From the NCBI GenBank assembly GCA_951406725.2, contig OX597835.1:32240001-32304000 (forward strand): DNA of 64,000 nt, in the 5' to 3' direction. The notes under the pieces were generated by a model, which saw only the letters and a list, made by a program, of their open reading frames with translations, searched no databases and was not told the origin of the DNA. Made by a program: the position numbers and the translations under genes. Source of the DNA: Octopus vulgaris. Its lineage: Eukaryota. Below, one piece after another: positions 59,161 to 64,000 of the stretch (position 1 is the first letter of the stretch; each line of letters begins with the position of its first letter).

Positions 59161-59469
59161 TGGAGGCGCAATGGCCCAGTGGTTAGGGCAGCGGACTCGC
59201 GGTCGTAGGGTCGCGGTCTCGATTCCCAGACCGAGAGTTGTGTGTGTTTAGTGAGCAAAAACACCTAAAAGCCCCACGAAGCTCCGGCAGGGGGTGGTGA
59301 CGACCACTGTTGTACTCTTTCGCAACAACTTTCTCTCACTCTCTCTTCTTGTTTCTTGAGTGACGCTGTGATGGACTGGCGTCCCGTCCATCTGGAGGGA
59401 ACACATACGCCACAGAAACCCGGAAAGCGGGCCCATGAGACTGGCTAGGCTTGAAAAGGGCGACGAAAA
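59161..59469 (+). mobile_element. SINE family C with a 13-bp TSD
   Basis: ATATGTACGATGG at 59148-59160 and 59470-59482. tRNA-like head TGGCCCAGTGG...TCGATTCC. Confidence 0.92.
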
Positions 59470-59705
59470 ATATGTACGATGGAGTGCGGGAAAGTTCCCG
59501 CTTTGGATAACAGAATATACATGAGGATCAGTTAATTATGATCTTATTCAATATCTTTCCCACTCAGATTCACATTTCAGTGGTCCTTTAATTTTTCTAA
59601 GCCCTGTAAAATAATTTGGAATGTTGGACCTCCAACCAAGACATTCGCGATACCCTTTTCAACACCCACGCGCATGTCGTAGGCACAAGTTTACATAGAC
59701 ATGTC

Positions 59706-60175
59706 GGATCTTTTCGGTTTGAACGGCAGTTTTTTTCTAGCGGTGTCATATGAAATTGTCACCCATAATTATGACCCTAGTATCGATCTATTGCATTTCA
59801 ATCTGTTTTAGGGTTAGGAGTAGAGTTAGGGTTAGGAGTAGAGTTAGGGTTAGGAGTAGAGTTAGGGTTAGTTAGTTAGGGTTAGGGGTGGGGTGATGGG
59901 TATCTTTTTTCTTCAGAAATGTAAATAAACCCAATCTGTTTCTTAAACAAGGGACATATTCATACGGCACAGAATGTTTTCACCTCAATAGACATCACTG
60001 ATTGGTTGAAATTGAAGAAAAAAAACAACAAATATCTTACAAACTATAGAATTTTCTCAATAAAGCCAAGAGAAAAGGATGTTTTATAAACACATTCTAC
60101 CAGTATACGAAATTTAAAAGTGTTTAGTTACGTGGAAATTATTTCTAAAAACTGCCGGTCAAACCGAAAAGATCC
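59706..60175. mobile_element. MITE with TIRs of about 29 bp, an 8-bp TSD and internal telomere-like repeats (Merlin-like)
   Basis: TIR GGATCTTTTCGGTTTGA[A/C]CGGCAGTTTTT; GACATGTC at 59698-59705 and 60176-60183; TTAGGG array at 59808-59888. Confidence 0.88.
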
Positions 60176-60225
60176 GACATGTCTTTCACGTTGTTCTTTG
60201 TTTCTTCTTCTTTCTCTCTTACCAG

Positions 60226-60323
60226 TTGATACTCCGTTCCGGTACCTCGTTCTCTCCGTATTCATCATTCTCATTCTAACATTCCTGACGTCTCTGCTAA
60301 TTTGTTACATCATGAAGAATATT
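60226..60323 (+). CDS. SLC29A: ENT/SLC29 coding exon 9, TM6 (FDTPFRYLVLSVFIILILTFLTSLLICYIMKNI)
   Basis: Long polypyrimidine acceptor ending ttaccag|, donor ATT|gtaagt, phase 1 to 0. Hydrophobic helix ending in CY. Confidence 0.88.
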
Positions 60324-61265
60324 GTAAGTATATTCCTTCCTTCTTTTACTTGTTTCGGGCATTTGACTACGGCCGTGCTGGAGCCACGCCTTGAAGCTTT
60401 TTAGTGGAACAAATCGAACACAGAGGTTATTTTTTAAGCCTAGTACATACTCAATCAGTCTGTTTGGCCGAACTACTAAGTTACGGGAACGTAAACACAC
60501 CAACACCTGTTGTCAAGTGGTGATGGGCACAAACACACTCACACACTCACACACACACATGTATATATAATTTCTTTCAGTTTCCGTCTAAGAAATCCAC
60601 TCACAAGGCTTTGGTCGGCCCAAGGCTATCGTAGAAGACAGTTAACCAAGGTGTCATACAGTGGGACTGAACTCGCGATCATGTGGTTGGGAAGCAAGCT
60701 TTTTACCACACAGCCACTCCTGCGCCACTCCTGTGTGTGTTTGTATGATATCAAACATCGTATTGCATATCGTAGTACCAAAACGCTTATCATTAACAAA
60801 ATAACAAAACAGCTTGCAATAAGACACTTCCAGGTACTTTTATATATGTGGTTCAGTTAAATGTGCATGTATGTAGATGCACGCACCTGCACTTATACTT
60901 CCGCCTGAAGATATCTCTTTAGGACTCTGTGGGAGGGGCATGAGAGAGAGAGTATGTGCGACACTACAGATTGCATAAACGTCTTTGTAGTCACCCGCAA
61001 CCAAGTATGCGTGATACGTTCCTTTAAAGAATCGCATATTTGAAAAATAGAAGATGGAAAAATCTTTGAAATGTTTTACAAAGTTTTTACTCTGCTGCTC
61101 ATAGATAGAGATTGGAGGGAGCGAGTTAGTTATTTTCACTCTTTCTTTTAAAAAATCCTAGTATTTCTAGTTCTTATTCTTCGTTGTTTCTGCAAATGTG
61201 TAGCTATATATGAAGAGTGTAAGATCAACGTCCCAAACTCTTCCAGACATACATCTGGGTATATT

Positions 61266-61484
61266 TATCCCCGCTTAAACGGGGACGTTTTGTTCGAACA
61301 AACTATCCCGCTGAAAATACCATGAGAGAAACTATCATATTGAGTTTTGGTACAAATCTCCCTGCAAAATGTACGATATAATCAAACGTACATTTTGCAC
61401 CAAAAGTCAATATGAGAGTTTCTCTCGTGGTATCTGGCACAGTATAGCTTGTTCTAACAGAACATCCATGCTCAAAAGGGGATA
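61266..61484. repeat. Imperfect foldback, arms about 100 bp
   Basis: Centre gcaaaatgtacg-11 nt-cgtacattttgc; ataccatgagagaaactatcatattga pairs with tcaatatgagagtttctctcgtggtat. Confidence 0.85.
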
Positions 61485-61576
61485 GTTATTATCTCTCGGT
61501 GTTAATACCGCCCCTGTTGCTAATATATCTCTATGTGTGATTAATACGAACTATTTTTTTCCTCTTTCTGATATAG

Positions 61577-61681
61577 CATTTCTTCGATTACCATATCCAA
61601 AAAGTTGTCACACCAAACTGGACGTCTGAAATAAGCTTTTCAATCCCACCACGAGTTTGTCGACTCAAATTTCATAAAAAA
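61577..61681 (+). CDS. SLC29A: ENT/SLC29 coding exon 10, central cytosolic loop (HFFDYHIQKVVTPNW...RLKFHKK)
   Basis: Acceptor ctttctgatatag|, donor AAA|gtaaga, phase 0 to 0. FFxYH start and KK end are typical of the ENT TM6-TM7 loop. Confidence 0.82.
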
Positions 61682-61692
61682 GTAAGATTTAA

Positions 61693-61741
<49 letters not shown>

Positions 61742-61956
61742 TTACTACTACAATGTCTTTGGTAAACGTCTGATGGTCGTGGCTGATTTGGAGACTAACA
61801 AACTATACATCTACCATGTTCATTTTACCACTGCTTATCATCATCATAATCGTCATCATCATCATCATCATCGTCGTCGTCATCATCATCGTCACCATCA
61901 TCGGCATCATAATCATCGTCACCATCATCATCATAAGCGACTCCATCATCACCATT

Positions 61957-61996
<40 letters not shown>

Positions 61997-62294
61997 CCAT
62001 CAACCTCCAAGACGCAACTGCACCGTGTCCTAGAACTCATAGGGTTGGTTACCCGGTTTCCTGTGGCGTAGAAGCACACCACATCCACTGGACAGAAGTG
62101 ACGAGAACATCGCAGGGTTAACCATTTACAGCTGAGACAACTGGGACAATGTGAAATGACGTGTTTTGATCAAGAGAACAAACGAACCGCCCGATTTGGG
62201 AACGGAAACCATGATCTTGTGACCGAGGGGTCAATGTTCTAACCACTAAGCCTCATACCTTCACTTTGTAAAATAAAGAATTGTAATAATACTT

Positions 62295-62675
62295 CGTAAT
62301 ATAGGCACAAGACCTGAAATTTTGGGTGGGTGGCATGGTTGATAACATCGACCCCCAGTGTTCAACAGGTACTTATTTATCCGAAAGGATGAAAAGCAAA
62401 GTCGACCTCGGCGGAATTTGAACTCAGAACGTAACGGCAGACGAAATACATGTTTCTTTACTACCCGCAAGGGGCTAAACACAGAGAGGACAAACAAGGA
62501 TAGACAGACGGATTAAGTCGATTATATCGACCCCAGTGCGTAACTGGTACTTATTTAATCGACTCCTAAAGGATGAAAGGCAAAGTCGACCTCTGCGGAA
62601 TTTGAGCTCTGAACGTAAAGACAGTCGAAATACCGCTAGCATTTCGCCGAACGTGCTAACGTTTCTGCCAGTTCC
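62295..62675 (-). mobile_element. Dimeric SINE family B (long-tail unit plus short-tail unit)
   Basis: Two GTCGACCTC.GCGGAATTTGA cores joined at the aaagaaa..gtatttcgtctgcc junction. Confidence 0.85.
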
Positions 62676-62751
62676 CCTTCGAGAATTGTGATAATTTTAC
62701 GAAATATTCGTCGCATAAATTCATTTACTTACATATTTCTTAAATTTTCAG

Positions 62752-62854
62752 GTATGGTTAACAGGTTTCAATTTGTGCCTCATACACCTAACAACATCTT
62801 CAAGCTACCCCACAGTAGGACGACAGGTACACAGAGTGAATTTTCCTTTTCCAG
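62752..62854 (+). CDS. SLC29A: ENT/SLC29 coding exon 11, TM7 (VWLTGFNLCLIHLTTSSSYPTVGRQVHRVNFPFP); gene continues beyond the window
   Basis: Acceptor ttttcag|, donor CAG|gtaact, phase 0 to 1. KKVW...T...[F/Y]P pattern of ENT TM7. Confidence 0.85.
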
Positions 62855-63212
62855 GTAACTTATTAACTGTTTATATTTTTTATTTAATTTTTATTTGCTT
62901 TTATTCTGATATTGTTATACTTCAACCATTCCGCATTCATATGACTGTGAAATGTAATACTTATTCATTCACATTGTTTTGAATTATTCATGAATTACTT
63001 CGTAGCTTTGAGGAATTTTAAAATGACATTGTTGGGTAGGTGTAAAAGACAGAATCTGGCCAGCTTGAACATGAAACAAGTACAATATTTGGTAAAGATC
63101 TGGTGGCTTTAAATGCTAGATTAAAAGAAGACAACTTGCTGTGGGGAGGAAAAGTTGAAAGGGGAGAAATTAATGAAACAGCAGTCTTACATCCTCTAAA
63201 TTAGCATATATG

Positions 63213-63245
<33 letters not shown>

Positions 63246-63247
63246 AC

Positions 63248-63549
<302 letters not shown>

Positions 63550-63936
63550 GAGCAAAACGCCCCCTATCCAATGGACGGTGCTCAGTTGTCAAACATTTAA
63601 ACCAAATTTTCTCACAACTTGTCCGACCGTCCCATAGGCCTCCACTTTGAGAAATACTGATTTAACCTAAATTTGAGACACCGTGCAGTTTTCTCGCGTA
63701 CGCGTAGTGTCGATCGCAACAGCTGATGTAATTGCGCGTACAAATGCACGTTCCCACGGCTTTATCGATCGCATTCTCACCTGGAATCGATTTTTGTAAT
63801 TTTTCTTCAAGACTTTTACACGCCCTGATACCGTCAGTATCTACATATCAAATTTCAGCGCAATCGAATAGAGGATACCCGAGATCCTAGAAGACACACA
63901 CACAGACAGAACGGATTTTATATAATAGATATGAGC

Positions 63937-63976
<40 letters not shown>

Positions 63977-64000
63977 CTTATGTGTGTTTGTTTGTGTGTG

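Noticed and set aside
59161-59235. tRNA-like sequences at SINE heads
   Set aside because: A and B boxes are present, but they continue into SINE bodies with TSDs and lack a clean acceptor stem, so they are not called as tRNA genes.
59808-59888. True telomere or chromosome-fusion scar
   Set aside because: Short, degenerate, single orientation and enclosed within MITE TIRs.
61204-61258. Possible extra exon LYMKSVRSTSQTLPDIHL
   Set aside because: Weak donor (G|gtatat), and its phase 0 to 1 would break the frame between exons 9 and 10.

Overview
AT-rich, microsatellite-saturated animal genomic DNA; the repeat landscape suggests a cephalopod such as Octopus (inference). Almost every ORF in the supplied track is a translation of a simple repeat. 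Reading splice sites by hand gives one real protein-coding gene on the + strand: a divergent equilibrative nucleoside transporter (ENT/SLC29 family). It has 11 phase-compatible coding exons from 35703 to 62854 (403 codons, covering a long acidic N-terminus plus TM1-TM7) and continues past the window end. The rest is mobile DNA: several tRNA-headed SINE families (some with clear TSDs, nested, dimeric or tail-swapped), an R4/Dong-type retrotransposon 3' fragment in (AAT)n, non-autonomous Helitrons plus a Helitron helicase remnant, mariner and Tc1/maT remnants, a Merlin-like MITE carrying TTAGGG repeats, and several long hairpins. The most notable non-coding signal is about 11 minimal hammerhead-ribozyme-like motifs in short Penelope-like elements, many in or beside (TA)n/(CA)n tracts, including a recurrent non-canonical core (CUG[U/C]NGA).
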